From Bacillus subtilis subsp. subtilis str. 168 (GTDB lineage Bacteria > Bacillota > Bacilli > Bacillales > Bacillaceae), in the NCBI RefSeq assembly GCF_000009045.1, contig NC_000964.3, positions 1,740,001 to 1,772,000 of the forward strand: a stretch of DNA of 32,000 nt, given 5' to 3'. A program made the position numbers and the translations under genes. This document shows positions 9,418 to 18,317 of the stretch, in pieces. The notes below the pieces were generated by a model. That model was not told where the DNA came from. It made no database searches and saw nothing but the letters and a program-made list of their open reading frames with translations. Numbering within the stretch: the stretch's first letter is position 1; the number at the start of each line of letters is the position of its first letter.

Positions 9418-11085
9418 TTGAAAAAGAAAAATACAGAAAACGTTAGAATTATCGCCCTTGGCGGTGTCGGAGAGATTGGGAAGAACCTTTATGTCATTGA
9501 AATTGACTCAGACATATTTGTCGTTGATGCCGGCCTTATGCATCCAGAAAACGAAATGCTCGGTATTGATGTAGTGATTCCTGACATATCATATTTGATT
9601 GAACGGGCTGACCGCGTCAAGGCAATCTTTTTAACGCACGGGCACGATGAAAATATCGGCGGCGTTTTTTACTTATTAAACAAGCTGTCCGTTCCAGTGT
9701 ACGGAACAAAACTGACGCTTGCACTGTTAAGAGAGAAATTAAAACAATACGGACATAACCGAAAAACTGATTTAAGAGAAATTCACTCCAAATCTGTCAT
9801 TACATTTGAATCAACAAAGGTATCGTTCTTTAGAACGATTCACAGCATTCCTGATTCTGTAGGTGTGAGCTTTAAAACATCACTTGGATCTATTGTATGC
9901 ACGGGAGACTTCAAATTTGACCAAACACCTGCACTTAATCAGACGTGCGACATTGGCGAGATCGCCAAGATCGGCAATAGCGGCGTGCTCGCTCTGCTTT
10001 CTGACAGTGCAAATGCGGAACGGCCGGGTTACACCCCTTCGGAAGCGGCTGTCAGCGGAGAAATTTCGGATGCGCTGTATAATTCACAGAACCGGGTGAT
10101 TATTGCTGTTTTCGCATCCAATATTAACCGGATTCAGCAAGTCATTCATGCAGCGGCTCAAAATGGCAGAAAGATTGCCGTAGCCGGAAAAAATCTTCAA
10201 TCTGTCCTGCAGCTGGCGAGAAAGTTAGGATATATTGAAGCAGATGATGAATTGTTTATTTCTGTACAGGATGTCAAAAAATATCCGAAGCGCGAAGTGG
10301 CCATTATTACAGCCGGAAGCCAAGGTGAACCATTAGCTGCTTTGACAAGAATGGCAAACAAAGCTCACAAACAGCTGAACATTGAAGAAGGGGATACGGT
10401 GGTCATTGCGTCAACTCCGATTCCCGGGCAGGAACTCATTTACTCTAAAACAGTAGATCTTCTTGCGAGAGCCGGTGCACAAGTCATCTTTGCCCAAAAG
10501 CGTGTTCATGTATCAGGCCACGGCTCACAAGAAGAGTTAAAGCTGATGATCAACCTGCTTAAACCAAAATATTTGATTCCTGTAAACGGCGAATACAGAA
10601 TGCAAAAAGCTCATTCAAAAATCGCTGAAGAAACCGGCATGAAGCGCAGTGACATCTTCTTAATTGAAAAAGGCGACGTCGTTGAATTCCGCGGCCAAAA
10701 CGTAAAAATTGGGGATAAAGTTCCTTACGGCAATATTTTAATTGATGGTTTAGGTGTCGGTGATATCGGCAATATCGTATTGAGAGACCGCCGCTTGCTT
10801 TCACAGGACGGAATTTTAATCGTTGTCATTACACTTGATAAACAAAAGAAACATCTTGTATCAGGACCAGAAATTATCACTCGCGGCTTTGTTTATGTAA
10901 GAGAGTCTGAAGGTCTTATCGTACAGGCTACTGAGCTTGTACGGTCCATCGTGACAGAAGCGACTGAAACATCAAATGTCGAATGGTCAACGCTGAAGCA
11001 GGCAATGCGGGATGCTTTGAACCAATTCCTTTATGAAAAAACGAAACGTAAACCGATGATCATCCCAATTATTATGGAAGTATAA
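9418..11085 (+). CDS. rnjB: Ribonuclease J2 (metallo-beta-lactamase / beta-CASP), 555 aa
   Basis: TTG start behind AGGAGGA. The metallo-beta-lactamase motif 2 is degenerate (THGHDENIGG instead of HxHxDH), which is characteristic of J2 rather than J1. Recognised as YmfA/RnjB. Confidence 0.94.
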   Translation: MKKKNTENVRIIALGGVGEIGKNLYVIEIDSDIFVVDAGLMHPENEMLGIDVVIPDISYLIERADRVKAIFLTHGHDENIGGVFYLLNKLSVPVYGTKLTLALLREKLKQYGHNRKTDLREIHSKSVITFESTKVSFFRTIHSIPDSVGVSFKTSLGSIVCTGDFKFDQTPALNQTCDIGEIAKIGNSGVLALLSDSANAERPGYTPSEAAVSGEISDALYNSQNRVIIAVFASNINRIQQVIHAAAQNGRKIAVAGKNLQSVLQLARKLGYIEADDELFISVQDVKKYPKREVAIITAGSQGEPLAALTRMANKAHKQLNIEEGDTVVIASTPIPGQELIYSKTVDLLARAGAQVIFAQKRVHVSGHGSQEELKLMINLLKPKYLIPVNGEYRMQKAHSKIAEETGMKRSDIFLIEKGDVVEFRGQNVKIGDKVPYGNILIDGLGVGDIGNIVLRDRRLLSQDGILIVVITLDKQKKHLVSGPEIITRGFVYVRESEGLIVQATELVRSIVTEATETSNVEWSTLKQAMRDALNQFLYEKTKRKPMIIPIIMEV

Positions 11086-11093
11086 TGACTGAC

Positions 11094-11126
11094 TAAAGAC
11101 CGGAGCTGCTCCGGTCTTTATTTTTT
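11094..11126 (+). terminator. Strong intrinsic terminator after rnjB
   Basis: Perfect 11-bp stem AAAGACCGGAG-ctg-CTCCGGTCTTT followed by ATTTTTT. Confidence 0.9.
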
Positions 11127-11200
11127 GTCCTTCAAGCCGGGATTGAATGAAGTATCTTTGTTCATAATACAAAGAGAAACTCGGAAAGGATGAAAGCGAG

Positions 11201-11938
11201 ATGGATCATCGTATGGAAAACACAGAAGAAGAGCGTCCTGAAAAAAATGATGCGAAGGACAGCATTATGAATAAAATACAGCAGCTTGGTGAAACGACGC
11301 TTCCGCAGCTGCCCCAAGATACAAATATTCATTGTCTGACCATTATCGGACAAATTGAAGGCCATGTTCAGCTTCCTCCGCAAAACAAAACAACAAAATA
11401 TGAACATGTCATCCCGCAGATTGTGGCAATTGAACAAAATCCCAAAATTGAAGGCTTGCTGATCATATTAAATACTGTCGGAGGAGATGTTGAAGCTGGT
11501 CTTGCCATAGCGGAAATGCTTGCATCTTTATCGAAACCGACCGTTTCTATCGTGCTTGGCGGGGGGCATTCAATCGGCGTTCCGATTGCTGTATCCTGTG
11601 ATTACAGCTATATCGCCGAAACAGCAACGATGACGATTCATCCAGTTAGGCTCACCGGGCTGGTCATCGGGGTGCCGCAAACGTTTGAATACCTGGATAA
11701 GATGCAAGAAAGAGTTGTTAAATTTGTGACAAGCCATTCCAATATAACCGAAGAGAAGTTTAAAGAGCTAATGTTTTCAAAAGGAAACTTAACACGCGAT
11801 ATCGGAACAAATGTAGTCGGTAAGGATGCAGTTAAATACGGATTGATCGATCACGCAGGCGGTGTCGGACAGGCAATCAATAAACTGAATGAGCTCATCG
11901 ATGAAGCAAGGAAAGAAGAAGGACGGATGATTCAATGA
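11201..11938 (+). CDS. tepA: ClpP-like serine protease homologue (translocation-enhancing protein), 245 aa
   Basis: ClpP/crotonase fold with Ser (GGGHSIG) and His (MTIHPV) in the positions of the ClpP catalytic residues. Has a hydrophilic ~40-aa N-terminal extension. SD is GGAAAGGA. Recognised as TepA/YmfB. Confidence 0.9.
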
Positions 11939-12147
11939 TTCTTTATACCGTGATGCCTCAGGAAATTGTGTTTGCAGAACAGAACCAAGAGACAAGCGCA
12001 CATGAGCAAATTGAATATAAAGGTGTACCGCTTCTAGTCGAAATGAAAGGGAATGAAGCGGAAGTCATTCAAATCATGAGCACCAATCCAATGCATTTTC
12101 TGCATCCGGACATTTCACCGGGACAAAAGCTGAAATTAAACGTATAA
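11935..12147 (+). CDS. ylzJ: YlzJ-like small protein, 70 aa, function unknown
   Basis: The ATG overlaps the tepA stop (ATGA at 11935-11938). The ORF is in the track and is recognised as YlzJ. Confidence 0.8.
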
Positions 12148-12176
12148 GAATCCAACCCTTTTTTAAGGGCAAAATA

Positions 12177-12185
12177 TGCTATAAT
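12177..12185 (+). promoter_or_regulatory. Extended -10 promoter element upstream of spoIIIE
   Basis: TGCTATAAT is a perfect TGnTATAAT. No good -35 is present. Confidence 0.45.
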
Positions 12186-12207
12186 AGGGGAATCCTACAG
12201 AAAAAAC

Positions 12208-12236
12208 GCAGCCTGTAAACGGCTGCTTTCTTCATT
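12208..12236 (+). terminator. Terminator-like hairpin in the ylzJ-spoIIIE spacer, downstream of the extended -10
   Basis: GCAGCC-tgtaaac-GGCTGC followed by TTTCTTCATT. Confidence 0.45.
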
Positions 12237-12277
12237 ATGTATGAACTTACATTTTTTAACGCAGTAAGGTGATGAGT

Positions 12278-14641
12278 GTGGCAAAGAAAAAACGAAAATC
12301 AAGAAAAAAACAGGCGAAACAGCTCAATATAAAATACGAGCTCAACGGATTGCTGTGTATAGCCATTTCAATTATCGCAATCTTGCAGCTGGGGGTAGTC
12401 GGGCAAACGTTTATCTATTTGTTCCGCTTTTTTGCTGGAGAGTGGTTTATTTTATGCTTGTTAGGTTTATTGGTGTTAGGAGTCTCACTGTTTTGGAAGA
12501 AAAAAACCCCAAGCCTTTTAACGAGACGAAAGGCCGGGTTGTACTGTATTATCGCAAGCATATTGCTGCTTTCTCACGTGCAGCTATTTAAAAATTTGAC
12601 GCACAAAGGGTCTATTGAGTCTGCAAGCGTGGTGCGCAATACGTGGGAATTGTTTTTAATGGACATGAATGGCAGCTCTGCTTCACCTGATTTAGGCGGA
12701 GGGATGATCGGTGCGCTGCTGTTTGCGGCTTCACACTTTTTGTTTGCGTCGACTGGTTCTCAGATCATGGCAATTGTCATGATTTTGATCGGAATGATTT
12801 TAGTAACAGGACGCTCGCTGCAAGAAACGCTAAAAAAGTGGATGAGCCCGATTGGACGTTTTATAAAAGAACAATGGTTAGCATTTATTGATGACATGAA
12901 ATCCTTCAAATCAAATATGCAGTCATCGAAAAAAACGAAAGCGCCGAGCAAAAAACAAAAACCGGCCCGCAAAAAACAGCAAATGGAACCGGAGCCTCCT
13001 GATGAAGAGGGGGATTATGAAACAGTATCGCCTCTTATTCATTCAGAGCCGATTATCTCAAGCTTTTCTGATCGTAATGAAGAGGAAGAGTCTCCAGTTA
13101 TAGAAAAGCGCGCCGAACCTGTGTCGAAGCCGCTTCAGGACATCCAACCGGAGACAGGTGATCAGGAAACTGTTTCTGCTCCTCCTATGACCTTTACAGA
13201 GCTCGAAAATAAGGATTACGAGATGCCGTCACTGGATTTGCTGGCAGATCCGAAGCATACCGGCCAGCAGGCTGATAAAAAGAATATTTATGAAAATGCG
13301 AGAAAGCTTGAACGCACATTCCAAAGCTTTGGCGTAAAGGCGAAAGTCACACAGGTTCATCTCGGACCGGCCGTAACAAAATATGAAGTATATCCTGATG
13401 TCGGAGTGAAGGTTAGCAAAATTGTCAATTTAAGCGATGATTTAGCGCTTGCGCTTGCTGCGAAGGATATCAGGATCGAAGCGCCTATACCAGGCAAATC
13501 AGCAATCGGAATTGAAGTTCCAAACGCAGAAGTGGCAATGGTTTCGCTGAAAGAAGTGCTGGAGTCTAAATTGAATGACAGACCGGATGCGAAGCTGTTA
13601 ATTGGACTCGGCCGCAATATTTCAGGTGAAGCTGTATTGGCTGAGTTAAACAAGATGCCCCACCTTTTGGTCGCAGGCGCAACCGGTAGCGGGAAAAGTG
13701 TCTGTGTCAACGGCATTATTACAAGTATTTTAATGCGGGCGAAACCGCATGAAGTGAAAATGATGATGATCGATCCTAAAATGGTAGAGCTAAATGTCTA
13801 CAACGGGATTCCGCATTTGCTTGCTCCTGTTGTAACCGATCCGAAAAAAGCGTCGCAGGCTTTGAAAAAGGTTGTCAATGAAATGGAGCGGCGGTACGAA
13901 TTATTTTCTCATACGGGTACAAGAAATATTGAAGGATACAATGATTATATAAAACGCGCCAACAATGAAGAAGGAGCGAAACAGCCAGAGCTGCCTTATA
14001 TTGTTGTCATTGTGGACGAGCTAGCCGATCTCATGATGGTCGCTTCATCTGATGTGGAAGATTCGATTACGAGATTGTCCCAAATGGCGCGGGCTGCCGG
14101 CATCCATCTTATTATTGCGACACAGCGGCCATCGGTGGATGTTATCACAGGGGTGATCAAAGCGAACATTCCGTCACGAATCGCGTTCAGCGTATCTTCA
14201 CAGACGGATTCAAGGACCATTCTTGACATGGGTGGCGCTGAGAAGCTTCTTGGCCGCGGCGATATGCTGTTTTTACCTGTAGGGGCTAACAAACCTGTCC
14301 GTGTGCAGGGAGCATTTTTGTCGGATGACGAAGTGGAGAAGGTCGTCGACCATGTGATTACTCAGCAGAAAGCGCAATATCAAGAAGAAATGATTCCTGA
14401 GGAGACGACGGAAACTCATTCCGAGGTTACTGATGAACTTTATGATGAAGCTGTTGAATTAATCGTCGGCATGCAGACGGCATCTGTTTCAATGCTGCAA
14501 AGAAGATTCAGAATTGGCTATACGAGAGCGGCGCGCCTGATTGACGCAATGGAGGAACGCGGTGTTGTCGGACCGTATGAAGGCAGCAAACCTAGGGAAG
14601 TATTATTATCAAAAGAGAAATATGATGAGCTCTCTTCTTAA
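12278..14641 (+). CDS. spoIIIE: FtsK/SpoIIIE-family DNA translocase, 787 aa
   Basis: Start GTG 12278 ([11 protein letters not shown]...) behind AAGGTGA; the in-frame alternatives at 12269 and 12272 cannot be excluded. Has N-terminal TM helices, a Pro/Glu-rich linker, Walker A GATGSGKS, Walker [10 protein letters not shown] and a C-terminal gamma wHTH ([18 protein letters not shown]). Confidence 0.95.
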   Translation: MAKKKRKSRKKQAKQLNIKYELNGLLCIAISIIAILQLGVVGQTFIYLFRFFAGEWFILCLLGLLVLGVSLFWKKKTPSLLTRRKAGLYCIIASILLLSHVQLFKNLTHKGSIESASVVRNTWELFLMDMNGSSASPDLGGGMIGALLFAASHFLFASTGSQIMAIVMILIGMILVTGRSLQETLKKWMSPIGRFIKEQWLAFIDDMKSFKSNMQSSKKTKAPSKKQKPARKKQQMEPEPPDEEGDYETVSPLIHSEPIISSFSDRNEEEESPVIEKRAEPVSKPLQDIQPETGDQETVSAPPMTFTELENKDYEMPSLDLLADPKHTGQQADKKNIYENARKLERTFQSFGVKAKVTQVHLGPAVTKYEVYPDVGVKVSKIVNLSDDLALALAAKDIRIEAPIPGKSAIGIEVPNAEVAMVSLKEVLESKLNDRPDAKLLIGLGRNISGEAVLAELNKMPHLLVAGATGSGKSVCVNGIITSILMRAKPHEVKMMMIDPKMVELNVYNGIPHLLAPVVTDPKKASQALKKVVNEMERRYELFSHTGTRNIEGYNDYIKRANNEEGAKQPELPYIVVIVDELADLMMVASSDVEDSITRLSQMARAAGIHLIIATQRPSVDVITGVIKANIPSRIAFSVSSQTDSRTILDMGGAEKLLGRGDMLFLPVGANKPVRVQGAFLSDDEVEKVVDHVITQQKAQYQEEMIPEETTETHSEVTDELYDEAVELIVGMQTASVSMLQRRFRIGYTRAARLIDAMEERGVVGPYEGSKPREVLLSKEKYDELSS

Positions 14642-14660
14642 TGAAGGGAGTTCCGCTTTC

Positions 14661-14737
14661 TATAGTTGTCAATAATGATATTATGTAAACTGATCACCTT
14701 TCTATTTATTTTTTCGACAAAACATGATATAGTTGTC
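14661..14737. repeat. Exact 10-nt direct repeat TATAGTTGTC x2 in the spoIIIE-ymfC spacer
   Basis: The copies lie at 14661-14670 and 14728-14737. Each is followed by a CAATAAT-containing tail (GTTGTCAATAAT at 14665-14676 and ATTGTTCAATAAT at 14741-14753). Confidence 0.9.
14725..14733 (+). promoter_or_regulatory. Candidate extended -10 promoter for ymfC
   Basis: TGATATAGT fits the TGnTATAAT class. It overlaps repeat copy 2 and lies 52 nt upstream of the ymfC ATG. Confidence 0.4.
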
Positions 14738-14784
14738 CCAATTGTTCAATAATTTTTATCGAAAGTGGTTTACGGAGGGGAAAC

Positions 14785-15510
14785 ATGTCTACAAAAGCTG
14801 ATAATCGGCACTTGTATTTGAAAGTAATTGAACGAATTAAAGAGGATATAAAAAATGGGATCTACACTGAGAAGGAAAAGCTGCCTTCTGAATTTGAGCT
14901 TTCCAAAAAGCTTGGTGTCAGCAGAGCGACGCTAAGAGAAGCCTTGCGGATACTGGAAGAAGAGCATGTGATTATCAGAAGGCATGGTGTAGGCACTTTT
15001 GTCCATTCTAAGCCGTTATTTCTTTCGGGTATTGAACAGCTGAACAGTGTAACCAAGATGATAGAACAGGCGAATATGACCCCTGGCACGATTTTTCTAT
15101 CATCACAAGTGCTTATGCCGTCTGAAGATGATACGAAGAGATTTCACTTGGCAGAAGGGCAAGAACTTTTTTACCTTGAACGAGTCAGGACAGCTGACGG
15201 ACAGCCGATTGTGTATTGTATAGACAAAATTCCGATGAATATTTTGCCGAATTCTTTTTCTCATCAGCAAGAATCTATGTTTGACCTGCTAGAGAAAAAT
15301 TCAGGCTCCGTAATCAGCTATGCAGTAACTGATATAGAACCGATCGGCTATCACGATACCATTTCTCCAGTGCTTGAATGCGATCCGGAAACAGCTCTTT
15401 TGCTGTTAAAACAAACCCATTACGATCAGCACGATAAACCGGTGCTTTATTCTTTAAATTATTTTAGAGCGGATAAATTCAGATTTCATGTTTTGCGTAA
15501 ACGATTCTAA
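14785..15510 (+). CDS. ymfC: GntR-family (HutC subfamily) transcriptional regulator, 241 aa
   Basis: N-terminal wHTH ([28 protein letters not shown]) plus a C-terminal UTRA-type effector domain. SD is GGAGGGG. Confidence 0.93.
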
Positions 15511-15541
15511 AAACGGACGCCTGTATGTGTCTGTTTTTTTA
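15511..15541 (+). terminator. Intrinsic terminator after ymfC
   Basis: AACGGAC-gcctgtatgt-GTCTGTT (one G-U pair) followed by a T-run of 6 or more. Confidence 0.7.
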
Positions 15542-15627
15542 TTTGCACTGATTCATGTTTCTTTGTACATACTTTCATTCCGGTTAACGCAATATATAAG
15601 GGATGACAAGAAAGTGAATGGGTGAAA

Positions 15628-16857
15628 ATGTTGAGAGAGAAAAATGGAATGAAAAATATTATTGCATTGTCTTCTGTCCCGCTTGTGATGACACTCGGGA
15701 ACTCCATGCTGATTCCTGTTCTTCCGATGATGGAGAAAAAGCTGTCTGTGACTTCATTTCAAGTATCTTTAATCATTACTGTATATTCAGTAGTAGCAAT
15801 TATTTGCATTCCGATTGCCGGATATTTGTCGGATCGTTTCGGGAGAAAAAAAATATTGCTTCCATGCCTCCTCATTGCAGGATTGGGGGGAGCCGTAGCT
15901 GCTTTTGCCTCGACCTATATGAAAAATCCTTATGCTATGATCTTGGCGGGGCGGGTTCTTCAAGGCATTGGTTCTGCAGGTGCCGCTCCGATTGTCATGC
16001 CGTTTATCGGCGACCTGTTTAAAGGAGACGATGAAAAGGTCAGCGCGGGTCTTGGCGATATTGAAACCGCCAACACGTCAGGGAAGGTACTGAGTCCCAT
16101 ACTTGGAGCCTTACTGGCTTCTTGGTATTGGTTTGTACCGTTTTGGTTTATTCCGTTTTTCTGTTTGATCAGCTTTTTGCTCGTATTGTTTTTGGTGGCC
16201 AAGCCTGAAGAAGATGAAGATGCGCCTGCTGTTTCTGAGTTTATTAAGAGTGTGAAGAAAATTTTTAAACAGGATGGTCGCTGGCTTTATACGGTCTTCA
16301 TTATCGGGTGTGTCATTATGTTTTTGTTATTTGGCGTATTATTTTATTTATCAGATACGCTGGAGAACAAGTATGCTATTGACGGAGTAGCTAAAGGCGG
16401 ATTACTGGCAATCCCACTTTTGTTTTTGTCAACCAGTTCTTTTATAGCTGGCAAAAAGATCGGTAAAGATAAAGGCCGAATGAAATTTTGCGTTGTTACA
16501 GGAATGATTCTGTTAACCCTTTCGTTTATTGCCTTGTGGTGGAACCACAGTTTTTATTTTTTATTTGTCTTTTTAAGCTTTGGCGGGATTGGGATTGGAA
16601 TGGCTCTTCCTGCTTTAGATGCATTGATAACCGAAGGGATTGAAAGTGAACAATGCGGAACCATTTCCTCCTTTTACAATAGCATGCGCTTTATAGGAGT
16701 AGCTCTCGGTCCACCTGTTTTTGCTGCATTAATGTCTAATGCAAACTGGATTATTTTCATACTCTCGGCGTTTTGCAGCATCGTTTCTTTATTTTTAGTG
16801 CTCTTTACTGTAGATGCTAAAAAAAGTGAAGAAGAAAAAAACTTAGGGACGGTCTAG
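15628..16857 (+). CDS. ymfD: Major-facilitator-superfamily efflux transporter (reported as the bacillibactin exporter)
   Basis: About 12 predicted TM helices and the MFS loop motif GYLSDRFGRKK. The start is ambiguous among GTG 15622, ATG 15628 and ATG 15649. It is a single uninterrupted ORF. Confidence 0.88.
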   Translation: MLREKNGMKNIIALSSVPLVMTLGNSMLIPVLPMMEKKLSVTSFQVSLIITVYSVVAIICIPIAGYLSDRFGRKKILLPCLLIAGLGGAVAAFASTYMKNPYAMILAGRVLQGIGSAGAAPIVMPFIGDLFKGDDEKVSAGLGDIETANTSGKVLSPILGALLASWYWFVPFWFIPFFCLISFLLVLFLVAKPEEDEDAPAVSEFIKSVKKIFKQDGRWLYTVFIIGCVIMFLLFGVLFYLSDTLENKYAIDGVAKGGLLAIPLLFLSTSSFIAGKKIGKDKGRMKFCVVTGMILLTLSFIALWWNHSFYFLFVFLSFGGIGIGMALPALDALITEGIESEQCGTISSFYNSMRFIGVALGPPVFAALMSNANWIIFILSAFCSIVSLFLVLFTVDAKKSEEEKNLGTV

Positions 16858-16873
16858 CCAGCCGTCTTTTTTT
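16846..16873 (+). terminator. Weak intrinsic terminator overlapping the ymfD stop
   Basis: Short stem GACGG-tctagccag-CCGTC (extendable by G-U pairs) followed by T7. Confidence 0.5.
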
Positions 16874-16881
16874 GCGCTTTC

Positions 16882-16909
16882 TTGCACAGTTTACAACTGT
16901 ACCTATACA
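16882..16909 (+). promoter_or_regulatory. Candidate SigA promoter with a palindromic operator in its spacer (upstream of ymfF)
   Basis: TTGCAC (16882-16887), a 16-nt spacer, then TATACA (16904-16909). The palindrome ACAGTT-tac-AACTGT lies at 16886-16900. Confidence 0.4.
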
Positions 16910-16941
16910 GCATGCGGAGGTTATTGTTTCCTTATAAATCC

Positions 16942-16956
16942 TACAGTTGCTATAAT
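16942..16956 (+). promoter_or_regulatory. Extended -10 promoter overlapped by a TACAGTTGC motif (upstream of ymfF)
   Basis: TACAGTTGC (16942-16950) shares its last 3 nt with TGCTATAAT (16948-16956). It lies 81 nt upstream of the ymfF ATG. Confidence 0.45.
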
Positions 16957-17036
16957 TACATGAAAGAGTGTTTCTGCGGATGCTGAAAATTGGTCATAAT
17001 ACATACTAATTAAGAAATGAACGAAGGAGGTTCCAT

Positions 17037-18317
17037 ATGTCATATGTTAATGAACTCAAATCAAAGCACGGCGGTTTAACCGCACACATTGTAAAAACAG
17101 AAAAATTCAAAACCGTCTCGCTTATTTTTAAGATGCTTGCGCCGCTGACAAAGGATCAAGTCACCAAAAGAGCGCTTCTCCCGCATGTGCTTCTTCGCGG
17201 AACGAAAAGCCATCCGAAAACCGCAGGATTGCGTTCATACTTGGATGAGCTGTACGGCACGTCAGTATCGGCTGATCTTACGAAAAAAGGAGAGCGGCAT
17301 GTCATTACGTTCAGGCTTGAAATCCCGAATGAAAAATATTTAAAAGACCAAACGCCGCTTCTCGAGAAAGGGCTCCAGCTTCTCGCAGAACTCGTCTTTT
17401 CACCTGCTTTGGAGGGAGACGCTTTTCAGTCACAATATGTGGCTCAAGAAAAACGGACGCTTAAGCAAAGAATCCAAGCCGTCTATGATGATAAAATGCG
17501 TTATTCGAATTTAAGGCTGATACAGGAAATGTGCAAAAATGATCCTTACGCGCTTCATGTCAATGGTGAAATCGACGATGTCGATGACATTACGGCAGAG
17601 CAATTATACGAAACATACCAAAGCGCTATCCAAAAAGACCAGCTTGATCTATATGTTGTTGGCGACGTGGACAGTAACCAGGTACAATCGGCAATTGATA
17701 AGTATTTCAAAACAGAAGAGCGCACTCTTGGCATGATTGAAAACAATCACGCTGATGAAAAAGTTCAGCCAAAAGAAGTAATTGATGAAGAGGATGTCAA
17801 GCAAGGAAAACTGAATATCGGCTACCGCACCAGCATCACTTATACAGATCAGGATTATCCTGCTTTACAAGTGTTTAACGGATTGTTCGGCGGATTCTCT
17901 CATTCTAAACTTTTCATTAATGTTCGGGAAAAAGCCAGTCTTGCTTACTACGCGGCTTCGCGTATAGAAAGTTTTAAAGGCTTGTTAATGGTGATGTCAG
18001 GCATTGAAGTGAAAAATTTTGAACAGGCGGTTTCGATTATTGCTGAGCAATTCCAGGCAATGAAAAATGGCGATTTCAGTGAGCAGGATATAGCACAGAC
18101 AAAGGCCGTTATTCGAAATCAAGTGCTGGAAACGATTGATACAGCATACGGTTTATCTGAGTTTTTATATCAGCAGGCCGCTGCTCAAGTCGAGATTCCT
18201 ATCGAAGACTTTCTTGCCAATATTGAGAATGTCACAAAAGAGGATATCATTAAAGCCGGCGAAAAGATTCAGCTTGATACGACTTATTTCTTAAAAGGGA
18301 CGGAGGGTGCATCTTGA
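17037..18317 (+). CDS. ymfF: M16-family peptidase homologue, inactive type (lacks HxxEH), 426 aa
   Basis: M16 fold, but the zinc-motif position reads PHVLLRG rather than HxxEH. SD is GAAGGAGG. The stop overlaps the ymfH start. Confidence 0.92.
   Translation: MSYVNELKSKHGGLTAHIVKTEKFKTVSLIFKMLAPLTKDQVTKRALLPHVLLRGTKSHPKTAGLRSYLDELYGTSVSADLTKKGERHVITFRLEIPNEKYLKDQTPLLEKGLQLLAELVFSPALEGDAFQSQYVAQEKRTLKQRIQAVYDDKMRYSNLRLIQEMCKNDPYALHVNGEIDDVDDITAEQLYETYQSAIQKDQLDLYVVGDVDSNQVQSAIDKYFKTEERTLGMIENNHADEKVQPKEVIDEEDVKQGKLNIGYRTSITYTDQDYPALQVFNGLFGGFSHSKLFINVREKASLAYYAASRIESFKGLLMVMSGIEVKNFEQAVSIIAEQFQAMKNGDFSEQDIAQTKAVIRNQVLETIDTAYGLSEFLYQQAAAQVEIPIEDFLANIENVTKEDIIKAGEKIQLDTTYFLKGTEGAS

Noticed and set aside
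12191-12200. The 10-mer AATCCTACAG next to TGCTATAAT occurs both upstream of spoIIIE (12177-12200) and upstream of ymfF (16937-16956), in swapped order
   Set aside because: It is striking, but TGCTATAAT is simply the consensus extended -10. A single 10-mer recurrence in 2 x 32 kb is not very improbable (order 0.05-0.1). The TACAG part at ymfF is better explained by the TAYAGTTGY motif. I keep it as a curiosity only.
15618-16022. 134-aa + strand ORF in an alternative frame overlapping the start of ymfD
   Set aside because: It overlaps the MFS transporter frame, which has clear TM periodicity and the MFS loop motif. The alternative frame is Cys/Ser/Arg-rich with no features.
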